Shown piece after piece: positions 53,381 to 63,815 of a stretch of 64,000 nt of DNA. The stretch is taken from NCBI GenBank assembly GCA_965262115.1, contig OZ253496.1, positions 1,472,001 through 1,536,000 on the forward strand, given 5' to 3'. This stretch comes from Nitrospinales bacterium (lineage in GTDB: Bacteria; Nitrospinota; Nitrospinia; Nitrospinales; VA-1). How positions within the stretch are numbered: the first letter of the stretch is position 1; each line of letters starts with the position of its first letter. A program made the translations under genes and the position numbers. The notes under the pieces were generated by a model. That model saw only the letters and a list, made by a program, of their open reading frames with translations, did not search any database and was not told where the DNA came from.

Positions 53381-53791
53381 GTTTTTTTAGCCCCTCTTTT
53401 TTTGACAGCATCCTTACATCCCCACTAAACACATTGCAAGGCTACGCCTTGAGGAAACTATTATCGCGGTGCTCCATTCGTCATCGCGAGCGACTGCAAG
53501 GGGCGCGGCGATCCAGTCTTTCCGCTTCGGGGCATGAAGGCAAATGAAGAATTTCACACAGTTGCTCGCGATGACAACCCCTTGTTGTAAATCACCCCAG
53601 CCCCTTGTGATATCACCTTCCATAAACTTCATGCCCGGTACGGGTACTTTGAAAAAGAGGGAGCACCCCATCAAGCCGAGAAAAACGATTGCTAGCAGTA
53701 AAACGCTATTGCATTTGTACCCCTCCGGGGCACGAAAACTGAGGAAGAATATCACGGCCCCAGCGTCACGCTGGGTGGTATAATTCGCGCT

Positions 53792-55174
53792 ATGCGTTAT
53801 GACACGATTGTAATAGGTGCGGGGCTATCGGGATTGGCCGCTGGCATTCGCCTGGCCATGTTTGATAAAAAGGTCTGCATTATTGAAAAGCATGTTGAGT
53901 TGGGCGGACTGAACTCTTTTTATGTGAGAAAAAACCGCACCTTTGATGTGGGACTCCACGCGATGACCAACTTTAGCCCTAAGGGTGTCCGGTCTTCGCC
54001 ATTGGGCAAACTTCTCAAACAACTGCGATTCAGTCATGACGACTTCCGCCTGTGCCAGCAGGAGATGTCGGAGATACGCTTCCCGGAGAAATCCCTTCGC
54101 TTCACCAACGATTTTGAGTTCATGCGCCAGGAAGTGGCGGAACAGTTCCCCGACCAGATAGACGGATTCAACAAGCTGGTGGAAAAAATTCTAGCTTTTG
54201 ACGAGCTGAACCTTAACGATGGCGAATGTCTTTCTTCTCGGCCTGTATTGGAATCATTCATCAGCGACCCGGTGTTGATCGACATGTTATTTTGTCCCTT
54301 AATGTATTACGGCAACGCCCGTGAAGGCGACATGGATTTCTATCAGTTCGTCATTATGTTCAAGAGCATTTTTGTAGAAGGATTCTCCAAGCCGGAAGGA
54401 GGCATGCATTTCATTCTCAACCTCCTGGCTGACAAGTACAAGAAACTGGGCGGTGAGTTGAAGATGGGGTGCGGGGTACAATCCATCAACGCCAGCAAGG
54501 GAACGGTCGCTTCGGTGACGCTGGAAAATGAGGAAGAGTTGGCCACCGCGATAGTGCTTTCTTCCATGGGTTATGTGGAAACGATGAACCGCTGCCAGCC
54601 CGAGCTCGCTGAAGCGGGAAGTTTGGAGACTGGGCAGGTGTCGTTTATGGAATCCCTTTTTGTGGTGGATAAGGAGCCCCGCGACCTGGGTTATGACCGG
54701 AGCATTGTCTTTTTTTCCACTCAGCCAAAGTTCACGTACAAGGTACCGGAGGATTTGATCGACATTTCCAGCGGTGTGTTGTGTTGCAGTAATAATTTCA
54801 AATATCCTAAACCTCTTAAAGAAGGGTTGATTCGGCTGACCAACCTGGCTAGTTTCGGGAAATGGGACAGTCTGGTGAGAAAAGACTATATCGCCGCCAA
54901 AAAGCAGTGTAGAGGCCGGGCTTTGCAGGAGTTATTCACATTTTTCCCCGATTTTAGCGATAATGTGGTATTTTTAGACTCGTTTACGCCTAAGACCATA
55001 AAGAAATATACAGACCATATTAACGGGGCTGTCTATGGATCGCCGGAGAAGATTAAGAACGGAAAAACCCCTGTCAAAAACCTGTATATATGCGGGACAG
55101 ATCAGGGGTTTTTAGGTATTGTTGGGGCCACATTGAGTGGAATATCCATGGCCAACCTGCATCTTTTACGATAA
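53792..55174 (+). CDS. Phytoene-desaturase-like FAD-dependent oxidoreductase 1
   Basis: IGAGLSG, EKH...GG, FDVGLH, TP.T...Y.....GAVYG. Confidence 0.85.
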   Translation: MRYDTIVIGAGLSGLAAGIRLAMFDKKVCIIEKHVELGGLNSFYVRKNRTFDVGLHAMTNFSPKGVRSSPLGKLLKQLRFSHDDFRLCQQEMSEIRFPEKSLRFTNDFEFMRQEVAEQFPDQIDGFNKLVEKILAFDELNLNDGECLSSRPVLESFISDPVLIDMLFCPLMYYGNAREGDMDFYQFVIMFKSIFVEGFSKPEGGMHFILNLLADKYKKLGGELKMGCGVQSINASKGTVASVTLENEEELATAIVLSSMGYVETMNRCQPELAEAGSLETGQVSFMESLFVVDKEPRDLGYDRSIVFFSTQPKFTYKVPEDLIDISSGVLCCSNNFKYPKPLKEGLIRLTNLASFGKWDSLVRKDYIAAKKQCRGRALQELFTFFPDFSDNVVFLDSFTPKTIKKYTDHINGAVYGSPEKIKNGKTPVKNLYICGTDQGFLGIVGATLSGISMANLHLLR

Positions 55175-55186
55175 ACAATCACATCA

Positions 55187-56635
55187 ATGAATAAACCCAA
55201 GAGAGACTGGTTGAAGGGTGTTTTGTCGGCTTACGATACGGTCGTCATTGGGAGCGGTCTGGCGGGAATGACGTCGGCCAATCTTCTGGCCAAGCTGGGA
55301 CACAAGGTTTTGCTGGCCGAGCATCATTATAATATGGGGGGCATGGCCACCTGGTTCAAACGCAAGGGCGGGCATATTATGGATATCTCCCTGCACGGGT
55401 TCCCCCGTGGGATGATTAAGACCCTCAGAAAATACTGGACCCAGGACATCTCGAACCGGGTCATCCAGCTCAAAAATATTCGTTTCGACAACCCGCAGTT
55501 TTCTCTCAATACCTCTTTCGACAAAATAGATTTCACCCATATTCTGCGTGAGCGTTTCTGTATCCTGAAAGAAGTGATCGACGAGTTCTTTTTGACCGTC
55601 CGCGACATGAATTTTTATGACGAAGTGGTCATGACCACCCGCGAGCTTTTTGAAAAATATTTTCCCGGCCGCACTGATGTCTGGCGTTTTCTCATGGAGC
55701 CGATCACCTATGCCAATGGTTCCACCCTTGATGATCCGGCAATCACTTACGGCATTGTGTTTTCCAACTTTATGGACAAGGGAGTTTTTACCTACCAGGG
55801 CGGCACCGATCACCTGATTAAGGAAATGAAGAAGGAGCTGTTGAAAAACGGCGTAGACATTCGCACGCACTGCATGGTCGAAAAAATTTATGTGGAGGAT
55901 AAAACCGTACAGGGGGTTCGCATCAATGGTCAGGATATCCAGTGCAAGTCGGTGCTTTCCAATTCCAACCTGTTGACCACCATCCAACAGCTGACCGGCG
56001 AGGAACATTTTGATGCTGAATTTATCAAAGAGGTCAAAAAAGTTAGGCTCAATAATTCCAGTTGCCAGGTTTATATGGGAATTAAAACAGGCGAAACAGT
56101 GCCGAATGTAGGCGATCTGTTGTTCTCGTCCGTGGCCGATGAATACTGCACAGATCAAATATTGAGTAAAGATGTTACCAGCCGCACGTTTTCATTTTAT
56201 TACCCGGAAATCCGCCCCGGTACCAATCGTTACTCCATCGTTTCTTCGACCAACGCCCGCTATCAGGACTGGGCCAACCTGAGTGAATCCCAATACAAAA
56301 AAGATAAGCACGATCTGGAGCAAACGACTCTCGACGCGCTGGAAAAATATGTTCCGGGCATAAGCAAAAAAGTGGACCATGTGGAAGCCTCAACCCCGAA
56401 AACTTTCAAGCGTTATACCCTGCACCCCTCGGGCACCTCGTTTGGAACCAAGTTTGAAGGACTCAAAATAAGCCGGGATCTTCCTAAACAGATCAATGGG
56501 CTGTTCCATGCCGGCTCGGTGGGGATCATCATGTCAGGTTGGCTGGGAGCGGCGAACTATGGGGTCATTGTCGCCAACGAAACCGACAAATTCCTCCGCC
56601 AGCTGAGCCCGAGCCTGGTGACGACATCGGCCTGA
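55187..56635 (+). CDS. Phytoene-desaturase-like FAD-dependent oxidoreductase 2
   Basis: IGSGLAG, EHH..MGG, DISLHG, STPKTF..Y. Confidence 0.85.
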   Translation: MNKPKRDWLKGVLSAYDTVVIGSGLAGMTSANLLAKLGHKVLLAEHHYNMGGMATWFKRKGGHIMDISLHGFPRGMIKTLRKYWTQDISNRVIQLKNIRFDNPQFSLNTSFDKIDFTHILRERFCILKEVIDEFFLTVRDMNFYDEVVMTTRELFEKYFPGRTDVWRFLMEPITYANGSTLDDPAITYGIVFSNFMDKGVFTYQGGTDHLIKEMKKELLKNGVDIRTHCMVEKIYVEDKTVQGVRINGQDIQCKSVLSNSNLLTTIQQLTGEEHFDAEFIKEVKKVRLNNSSCQVYMGIKTGETVPNVGDLLFSSVADEYCTDQILSKDVTSRTFSFYYPEIRPGTNRYSIVSSTNARYQDWANLSESQYKKDKHDLEQTTLDALEKYVPGISKKVDHVEASTPKTFKRYTLHPSGTSFGTKFEGLKISRDLPKQINGLFHAGSVGIIMSGWLGAANYGVIVANETDKFLRQLSPSLVTTSA

Positions 56636-56758
56636 ACACCTTTCTTCCCACTTGTCTTGCGGATCATACCTTGAGAAAATACATGATAACTATTGTTAAA
56701 GGGGCAAAAGCACCTGCTAGTTTAATGGGTATTGACCTATTGGCCCCACGCCGAGTGG

Positions 56759-57502
56759 ATGGAATTTGACTTTAAAGGACAAACAGCTTTGGTCACTGGC
56801 GGTACTCGCGGCATAGGCCGGGCTATCTCCGAGGCGTTTCTTAAAACCGGAGCGAAAGTCATCGCCGCTTATCGGGGCAACGATGAGGAGGCGGAGAACT
56901 TTAAACGCGCCAATGCCGGTCACGTCGGCTGTCTCGACATTCATAAATTCGATGTCACCGATTATGAAGCAGTGGAAAAGTTTTATAGAGATATTGAAGC
57001 GAAATATGAAAACTTTCAGATCCTCGTTGTTAGTTCGGGCATTCGATCTGATTCCATTGTTGGCATGATGAAAGCAGAAGACTGGAACCGTGTCATCGAC
57101 ACCAATCTGACGGGAACGTTCAATTTATGCAAGTTGGCGGTGCAGGCAATGATGCGCCAGAGGTATGGGCGGATCATCACTTTAACGTCTCCTATTGGCA
57201 AGTTAGGGTTTGCCGGTCAGGCCAATTACGCTGCATCAAAAGCTGGACAGGTGGCATTCACACGATCCCTTTCCAAGGAAGTGGCGAGCCGGGAAATAAC
57301 CGTGAATTGTGTATCGCCAGGCTTCATTGATACGGATTTCATTGGCGATCTGCCGGAAGAGCAAAGAAAATCCTATAAAGACCAGATTCCCCTGAAACGT
57401 TTCGGGACCCCGGAAGATGTTACCTACCCGGTGCTGTTTCTGGCCTCAAAAGAATCTTCTTACATCACGGGTTCGGTGTTAGAGGTAACCGGGGGACTAT
57501 AG
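56759..57502 (+). CDS. fabG: 3-oxoacyl-ACP reductase (SDR)
   Basis: TGGTRGIG, GQANYAASK, PGFIDT. Confidence 0.9.
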   Translation: MEFDFKGQTALVTGGTRGIGRAISEAFLKTGAKVIAAYRGNDEEAENFKRANAGHVGCLDIHKFDVTDYEAVEKFYRDIEAKYENFQILVVSSGIRSDSIVGMMKAEDWNRVIDTNLTGTFNLCKLAVQAMMRQRYGRIITLTSPIGKLGFAGQANYAASKAGQVAFTRSLSKEVASREITVNCVSPGFIDTDFIGDLPEEQRKSYKDQIPLKRFGTPEDVTYPVLFLASKESSYITGSVLEVTGGL

Positions 57503-57503
57503 A

Positions 57504-57929
57504 ATGCCACAGGACTTTCTCCAATACATTCCCCATCGTCCCCCTTTCCTATTTGTCGATCGGGTGCTTGAAGAAAGTGACGACACCATTAAGACGGAAA
57601 AAAAGATCGACCCGAAAGAACCTTTTTTTGAGGGACATTATCCTGGAAGACCGATCATGCCGGGAGTATTGATCTTTGAATCTATTTTTCAGTCCGGTGC
57701 AATCATGATGGGCAAACGCATCGCCAAGGAAGGCAGGATTCCTGTTCTCACCCGGGTCAACAACATCAAACTCAAGCACGCCGTCCATCCCGGAGACACC
57801 ATGCAGATTGAGGTGACCCTCAAAGACCTGGTCAGTAGCGCCGCCTATATGACGGGGAAAGCCAGCGTCAACGGTAAAATCGCAGTCACCCTGGAGTTCT
57901 CCGCCATGCTGGTTGAGGAGACGCAATGA
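57504..57929 (+). CDS. fabZ: 3-hydroxyacyl-ACP dehydratase
   Basis: [23 protein letters not shown]...E. Confidence 0.9.
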   Translation: MPQDFLQYIPHRPPFLFVDRVLEESDDTIKTEKKIDPKEPFFEGHYPGRPIMPGVLIFESIFQSGAIMMGKRIAKEGRIPVLTRVNNIKLKHAVHPGDTMQIEVTLKDLVSSAAYMTGKASVNGKIAVTLEFSAMLVEETQ

Positions 57930-58729
57930 GTTTTTTGGATCTGGAAGATAAAAGCATCTTAGTGACCGGAGTGGCAAACAAGAAAAGTGTTGCCTGGCAT
58001 ATTGCGAAGACGCTGGAAGAAGAAGGCGCAAAGGTCATTTACAGCGTCCGCTCCGAAGACCGCAAAAAATCACTGGAAAAACTTCTGGCAGGTAAAACCG
58101 TTGTCATTTGTGATGTGGAAAAAGAGGAAGAGGTTGAACGTTTAAAGACTCAGGTTGCTGAACACTGTAAGGTTCTGCACGGACTCGTCCACTCGATAGC
58201 TTTTGCCAATTATTCAGAGGGCTGGAAACCGTTTCATGAAACGCCGAAAAAGGATTTTCTTCAGTCCATCGATATCAGTTGTTATTCCCTGATCCATCTA
58301 GCCAACGTTTTTAAGGACTTGTTTCACCAGCAAGCTTCTGTGGTCACGGTATCGATTTCGACTACGCGAATGGCGGCGGAAAATTATGGCTATATGGCTC
58401 CGGCTAAGGCGGCGCTTGATTCCACCCTCTGTTTCCTGGCAAAATCGTTCAGCGCTTTTTCTAAAGTTCGGTTCAACTCCATCAATCCCGGCCTGCTCAA
58501 GACATCGGCGTCAGCGGGCATCCCCGGTTATGTCGACTCCTACCTGCATGCCGAAAAAGCAACATTGAGGAAAAAGGCCCTGACCACCCAGGAGGCGGCC
58601 AATGCCGCAGTATTTTTATTGAGCGAACGCGCCAGCGGGATCAATGCTCAGGGCCTGGTTCTCGATGCTGGAATGTCCATCAACTATTTTGATCAGGAAT
58701 TGATTAAATCCACTCCCACCTCTTCGTGA
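57926..58729 (+). CDS. fabI: Enoyl-ACP reductase
   Basis: [27 protein letters not shown]. Confidence 0.88.
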   Translation: MSFLDLEDKSILVTGVANKKSVAWHIAKTLEEEGAKVIYSVRSEDRKKSLEKLLAGKTVVICDVEKEEEVERLKTQVAEHCKVLHGLVHSIAFANYSEGWKPFHETPKKDFLQSIDISCYSLIHLANVFKDLFHQQASVVTVSISTTRMAAENYGYMAPAKAALDSTLCFLAKSFSAFSKVRFNSINPGLLKTSASAGIPGYVDSYLHAEKATLRKKALTTQEAANAAVFLLSERASGINAQGLVLDAGMSINYFDQELIKSTPTSS

Positions 58730-58834
58730 CATTCATGCCCTGAAGGAATATGTGATATTCAACCATCTTATATGGATATCATCTCCATAATGTGATAGTA
58801 TAGTCTGAAACTCATTAAAGGTAAATAATTCTTT

Positions 58835-60181
58835 ATGAATAGCTTTTTCGCTGATTTTGCCCAATTGATGTGGGGACCTTGGCTTCTTGCGCTTTTGTTG
58901 GGTACCGGTTTCTGGTTGACGATTCGGCTTCGGGGAATTCAATTCCGCAGTCTTTTCTATGCTCTCCGTTTGACATTCTCGAAGGAGCGGCAAGGACAAG
59001 GCGATATCTCTCACTTTGGCTCTTTGATGACAGCCTTGGCCGCGACGGTCGGCACTGGTAATATAGCCGGGGTCGGCACGGCAGTTGCCTTGGGCGGACC
59101 TGGTGCCATCTTCTGGATGTGGGTCACGGGCCTGGTGGGCATGGCGACCAAATACAGCGAATGTTTTCTGGCTGTTAAATTTCGCCGGGTCAATGATAAA
59201 GGCGAAATATCCGGCGGGCCGATGTATTACCTTGAAGAGGGTCTGAAAAGAAAATGGCTGGCAATGTGTTTTGCCGTATTCGGCGCTTGCGCGGCTTTCG
59301 GTATCGGCAATATGGTGCAGGCCAATACTACCGCTATCGCGGTGGAGGGCTCCATCGGGGCCAGTAAAATGGTTATAGGCGCGCTCCTCGCGTTTTTAAC
59401 CGGGCTGGTGGTGATCGGAGGACTCAAACGAATCGCCGAAGTCGCTTCTTATCTGGTTCCATTCATGGTTGCGATTTATTTTTCCGGCGCCTTGATCGTT
59501 ATTTTCAATCACCTGGACCAACTGGGTTCAGGAATGAGGCTGGTGTTTGAGCATGCTTTTACAGGAACTGCCGCGACTGGGGGATTTGTGGGAGCCTCTG
59601 TAGCGAATTGCATTCGCTACGGCGTGGCACGCGGAATTTTTTCCAACGAATCCGGCATGGGGAGTGCGCCCATCGTTGCCGCCGCCGCAAGAACCAATCA
59701 TCCCGGCAAACAGGCCCTAGTTTCCATGACCGGAACTTTTATCGACACCTTGATCGTTTGCTCCATCACCGCGATCGCGATCAGTTCTACCGGGGTGTGG
59801 ACCTCGGGTGCAACCGGCGTGGCATTGACCGTTCAGGCTTTTACTGCGGGGCTTCCCGTGTGGGGAGAACCTCTGGTTGCTCTGGGTACCATTACCTTCG
59901 CTTTTTCCAGCATTCTTGCCTGGGAATATTATGGTGAAAAGTGCTTTGAATATATTTTTGGGGAGAAATATATCCCCTTATATCGTTATGCCTGGGTGAT
60001 TTTTGTGTTTGTCGGTGCCCAAATCGAACTGGAGTTGGTTTGGAATCTTTCAGACGCGATGAACGCCTTGATGGCAGTACCCAACCTGATTGGGCTCATC
60101 TTTTTAAGCGGGGTTCTGTCCCGTGAGACTAAAGCTTACGAAACGGGAATCTGTGATGGTTCCATTAGTAAATTCGACTGA
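58835..60181 (+). CDS. Alanine/glycine:cation symporter (AGCS family)
   Basis: VGTGNIAGV, GGPGAIFWMW, GGPMYY, FSNESGMGS. Confidence 0.93.
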   Translation: MNSFFADFAQLMWGPWLLALLLGTGFWLTIRLRGIQFRSLFYALRLTFSKERQGQGDISHFGSLMTALAATVGTGNIAGVGTAVALGGPGAIFWMWVTGLVGMATKYSECFLAVKFRRVNDKGEISGGPMYYLEEGLKRKWLAMCFAVFGACAAFGIGNMVQANTTAIAVEGSIGASKMVIGALLAFLTGLVVIGGLKRIAEVASYLVPFMVAIYFSGALIVIFNHLDQLGSGMRLVFEHAFTGTAATGGFVGASVANCIRYGVARGIFSNESGMGSAPIVAAAARTNHPGKQALVSMTGTFIDTLIVCSITAIAISSTGVWTSGATGVALTVQAFTAGLPVWGEPLVALGTITFAFSSILAWEYYGEKCFEYIFGEKYIPLYRYAWVIFVFVGAQIELELVWNLSDAMNALMAVPNLIGLIFLSGVLSRETKAYETGICDGSISKFD

Positions 60182-60206
60182 TGAAAAACACCTGGGAGTC
60201 CTGATC

Positions 60207-61610
60207 ATGTATAAAGCCTGTCTGAAGCTTCACTACTTCTTCTTCCTGATTTTTATCACTGTTGTCAGCCCGGCAGATCAAGCCTATGGCGAGATAGAAT
60301 TGAATCTCTTTACCAATACATTCGATAAGTTTTCTGTGGACGGCCAGTTTCATGTATTTTTTCGACACGATAGTAATCCCTCTTTTGGGGTACCTGCGGA
60401 CACAAGGGGACGGGCAGAAACGACTTTTGGGGAAACAGTGGCCAAGCTGGGTTTCACGTTTGAGAAAAAAATGCCATGGACGGTTTTGGAAGGCCGTGTC
60501 AGCGGGGTATTAATGTCCACCATCAATGCGGATGTATATGGAATTGCAGATGACGAAAGCCAGGGCGATCTGAATGAAGGCTTTTTGATCCTCAAAAAAA
60601 TCAATCAATCCCCTATAGACATCAAGGTCGGCCGCCAGAATATCTTCATTGAAAAATCCTTTATTTCAGGAGACGCGAATCCCGAAGACGCGGCGATATG
60701 GATTTCCGCGCATAAAAGTTTTCCCTTTGCCGTAAGAGTAGATGGAGATTTCGGAAAGTTAAAAACCCTTGCTTTCTGGGCCGATACTGAGCTTTACTCG
60801 CAACAGGGTGATCAGCGAGAGGCGGGAAAAAGAGGAAAGGAGGGTGTCTCCTTTGCGGGAATAAATATACATTACGACTTTTCAGAAACCGCCTATTTAT
60901 ATGGGGGATATTACAGAAAAATAGATGAGAGCAATATTACCTTTGCCAACTTTTCCCCCGGCGGACAAGACCTGTTCTCTGAAAATAACACTAATGCGTT
61001 TGATATAGGGTTTGACACTGCGGTTGGGTCTTTTCATTTTGCTGGAGAATTTGTTTACCAAACGGGAGATGCCGGACGCCTCGGTGGCCAGGAATTAAGC
61101 CGGGACGCCCATGCCGGTTTTGCCCAAGCTCGGTATAATTTCAACCACTCCGCAAACCCTTACCTGAAATTCATGTACGTGTTTTTTTCCGGGGATTCAG
61201 ACCTTGAGGACGATGAAGCGGAAGATTATGACCCCATGTTTATCACCAGCAGGGTTTGGAATGAATGGTTGATCGGGCAGCATGTTGGTGAGGTTCAACT
61301 TGCCAATACGAACAAGTATGCTTTCATTGTGGAAACCGGCTTTTCGCCAATGCCGAGAATGCAAATGGCTTTTATGTTTTTAAAGCATTATTTGGATGAG
61401 CGGTACCTTGGAGTCTCAAGAGGAAGACAAGCCCTGAACAGCGATGATTACGCGGATGAATGGAATTTGCTGATCGACTACGAAGTCAATAACCATGTAT
61501 TTGCCCATGTTGGGGCTGGCTATGTAATTCCGGGAAAAGCGGCGGAAGAATTTTTTGGCAACGGCAACAATAATTTTTTCACCCAAGTGTGGTTAAAGTT
61601 CCATTTTTAA
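60207..61610 (+). CDS. Outer-membrane beta-barrel, alginate-export-like porin
   Basis: Signal peptide, KVGRQ, E..YQTG, SGD..., C-terminal Phe. Confidence 0.7.
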   Translation: MYKACLKLHYFFFLIFITVVSPADQAYGEIELNLFTNTFDKFSVDGQFHVFFRHDSNPSFGVPADTRGRAETTFGETVAKLGFTFEKKMPWTVLEGRVSGVLMSTINADVYGIADDESQGDLNEGFLILKKINQSPIDIKVGRQNIFIEKSFISGDANPEDAAIWISAHKSFPFAVRVDGDFGKLKTLAFWADTELYSQQGDQREAGKRGKEGVSFAGINIHYDFSETAYLYGGYYRKIDESNITFANFSPGGQDLFSENNTNAFDIGFDTAVGSFHFAGEFVYQTGDAGRLGGQELSRDAHAGFAQARYNFNHSANPYLKFMYVFFSGDSDLEDDEAEDYDPMFITSRVWNEWLIGQHVGEVQLANTNKYAFIVETGFSPMPRMQMAFMFLKHYLDERYLGVSRGRQALNSDDYADEWNLLIDYEVNNHVFAHVGAGYVIPGKAAEEFFGNGNNNFFTQVWLKFHF

Positions 61611-61676
61611 AAGTTCACAAACATTGGATGGCAGGAAACGCGATAGACTCCTTCCGGGCTGCCGATGGCTCGCTGG

Positions 61677-61710
61677 TCAGAATTGTTTGAGGAAGCGCAG
61701 GTCGTTTTCA
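61677..61710 (-). repeat. Duplicate of the last 34 bp of pheS (att-like)
   Basis: Matches 62295-62328 with one synonymous mismatch. Confidence 0.9.
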
Positions 61711-61788
61711 GAATCCGCAACCGACCTTCAGGTTCTCATAACCTTTGGCCCTTAAGTTGAAAAATTAGACCTTAATTATCACTGGTGT

Positions 61789-61977
61789 TTAGTTCTGAAA
61801 CATATTTAAATATTGTGAACAGGCAAAAACCCGATTTCTTTTTCCCCCGGTTATTTCTTCCAAAATTCCTTCTGCTAAAAATTGATTTAATAATGAAATA
61901 GCAGACTTAGCGGTGCAACTTAGATGTTTTTTGACCATATTGCTATTGAGGGTATGGGCAATCAAATATGTATTCAT
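61789..61977 (-). pseudogene. C-terminal HTH remnant of a Fic-like protein
   Basis: GILEEITGGKRNRVF...YL resembles Fic C-termini; catalytic core absent. Confidence 0.6.
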
Positions 61978-62037
61978 GCAAAATCTCCGCTGCTTTACTT
62001 TTGTAAAATACCATGAAGTTCTAGGTAGAATATTAGC

Positions 62038-62080
62038 ACACCTTCCCATATTTACCATTTTGGTAAATATGGGAAGGTGT
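62038..62080. promoter_or_regulatory. Perfect 20-bp inverted repeat (operator-like)
   Basis: ACACCTTCCCATATTTACCA-TTT-TGGTAAATATGGGAAGGTGT. Confidence 0.65.
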
Positions 62081-62142
62081 TTGAAGCTATATTGTAAAGC
62101 CGGGGAATACAGTGAAGTATTTATAAAATAAGGAATTTTTTA

Positions 62143-62189
62143 ATACAATATGTTGTGGTCGCTATTCAAAGCTATTCAATATATAGGCT
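62143..62189. promoter_or_regulatory. Tandem NrdR-box-like pair, 31-bp period
   Basis: ATACAATATGTTGTGG (62143) and ATTCAATATATAGGCT (62174). Confidence 0.55.
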
Positions 62190-62294
62190 GTGGAATGCAT
62201 TAACAGGGTTGAAGATAAGAAGATGGAGTGGAAAAAAATTATTTTAAAGAACGATACCCTCATCTTTCCCACCAGTGCCCCCCATGCTAGTGGA

Positions 62295-63317
62295 TCAGAA
62301 TTGTTTGAGAAAGCGCAGGTCGTTTTCAAAAAACAGGCGGATATCGTTGATACCGTATTTCAGCATGGCGATGCGTTCGATACCAAGTCCAAACGCAAAC
62401 CCGGTCCATTTTTCTGAATCGTAGTCGACGCATTTTAATACTGCCGGGTCGACCATTCCACAGCCGAGAATTTCCAGCCACCCGGTTTGCGAACAAACCT
62501 GGCACCCCTTGCCACCGCAAATCACGCATTGAATATCAACTTCCGCGCTGGGACAGGTGAAGGGGAAGAAACTGGGGCGGAACCGGACTTTTGTATCTTT
62601 ACCGAATACTTCCTGGAGGAAAATATTCATAATGCCTTTGAGGTGGCTGAAAGAAACATTTTCATCCACCATAAGTCCTTCGATTTGATGGAACATCGGT
62701 GTGTGAGAAACATCGGAATCGCAACGGTAAACTTTTCCCGGCGCGATAATACGCAATGGTGGTTCACGGTTTTCCATCACATGAATCTGTACCGGTGAAG
62801 TGTGGGTCCGCAAAACAGTTTCCCCTTCTACGTAAAAGGTGTCCTGCATATCGCGCGCGGGGTGGTCTTTGGGAATGTTTAAGGCTTCGAAATTATAATA
62901 GTCTGTTTCAATTTCGGGTCCCTCTTCGACCTGGAATCCCAGCCCCATAAAAATAGTGGTGATATCCTCCATCACCTGGGTAATAGGGTGCAGGGTTCCG
63001 GTGGTTTCTCTTCGTCCCGGCAAAGTGGTGTCAAAGGTTTCACTTTTAGAAGGCTGGCGATTGGCGGATTTCCCCAGTTCTTCCTGCTTTTCTTCCAGCA
63101 GGTTCTCGACATGCTGCTTGAAGTCATTGATGAGTTTACCCGGCTGCCGTTTCTCATCCGGAGAAGCCTGGCGCAGGTCTTTCATGAGCGCCTGAACGCA
63201 GCCTTTTTTGCCGAGGAAGTCTATACGGAGTTGTTTGAGGGATTCTTGATCTGAAATAGCACTAATGCGAGAGTCGAAATCTTGCTGGTGCTTTTCGATG
63301 AATTTGGTTTCAATCAT
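62295..63317 (-). CDS. pheS: Phenylalanyl-tRNA synthetase alpha subunit
   Basis: HPARDMQDTF, LRTHTSPVQ, FHQIEG, FPFT.PS.E, GFAFGLGIER. Confidence 0.99.
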   Translation of the reverse strand: MIETKFIEKHQQDFDSRISAISDQESLKQLRIDFLGKKGCVQALMKDLRQASPDEKRQPGKLINDFKQHVENLLEEKQEELGKSANRQPSKSETFDTTLPGRRETTGTLHPITQVMEDITTIFMGLGFQVEEGPEIETDYYNFEALNIPKDHPARDMQDTFYVEGETVLRTHTSPVQIHVMENREPPLRIIAPGKVYRCDSDVSHTPMFHQIEGLMVDENVSFSHLKGIMNIFLQEVFGKDTKVRFRPSFFPFTCPSAEVDIQCVICGGKGCQVCSQTGWLEILGCGMVDPAVLKCVDYDSEKWTGFAFGLGIERIAMLKYGINDIRLFFENDLRFLKQF

Positions 63318-63425
63318 TTTTCAGCTAGGGACCCCCTGCTCGCCGCAGGAGCAACTTGGCAAAAATTTTTCAAGCCGGGGAAATGGTTGTCCGCTAGAGG
63401 AAGCGATTGCTCGCTGGCCCCGCGC

Positions 63426-63782
63426 CTAGCGGAGTTGGGCGCGTGCGGTTTCGGTCAGGGCTTTGAAGGAGTCCTGATTGTGGATGGCCATCTCAGAGAG
63501 AACCTTGCGGTCGAGCTCAATTTCGGCTTTTTTCAGTCCATACATGAACTGGCTGTAGTTCAGGCCTTCGGCCCTGACGGCGGCGTTGATCCGGGCAATC
63601 CAGAGTCGGCGAAACTCGCGCTTGCGGTTTTTCCGATCGCGATAGGCGTAGCACAAACCATGTTCAACAGCTTCCCGGGCTTTGCGGAAAGCGACGCTAC
63701 GAATACTGCGATAGCCTTTGGCTAGTTTTAAGATTTTTTTACGTCGTTTGCGGGATACGGTCCCGTTTACTGCTCGTGGCAT
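63426..63782 (-). CDS. rplT: 50S ribosomal protein L20
   Basis: AKGY, YAYRDRK.RKR.FR.LWI.RINAA. Confidence 0.99.
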   Translation of the reverse strand: MPRAVNGTVSRKRRKKILKLAKGYRSIRSVAFRKAREAVEHGLCYAYRDRKNRKREFRRLWIARINAAVRAEGLNYSQFMYGLKKAEIELDRKVLSEMAIHNQDSFKALTETARAQLR

Positions 63783-63815
63783 TTTGAAATTCTCCTAGTA
63801 TTCAGATGACCTGTC

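Noticed and set aside
51726..58729. Ladderane or carotenoid biosynthesis
   Set aside because: No radical SAM or methyltransferase genes and no phytoene synthase in the cluster; the product cannot be assigned
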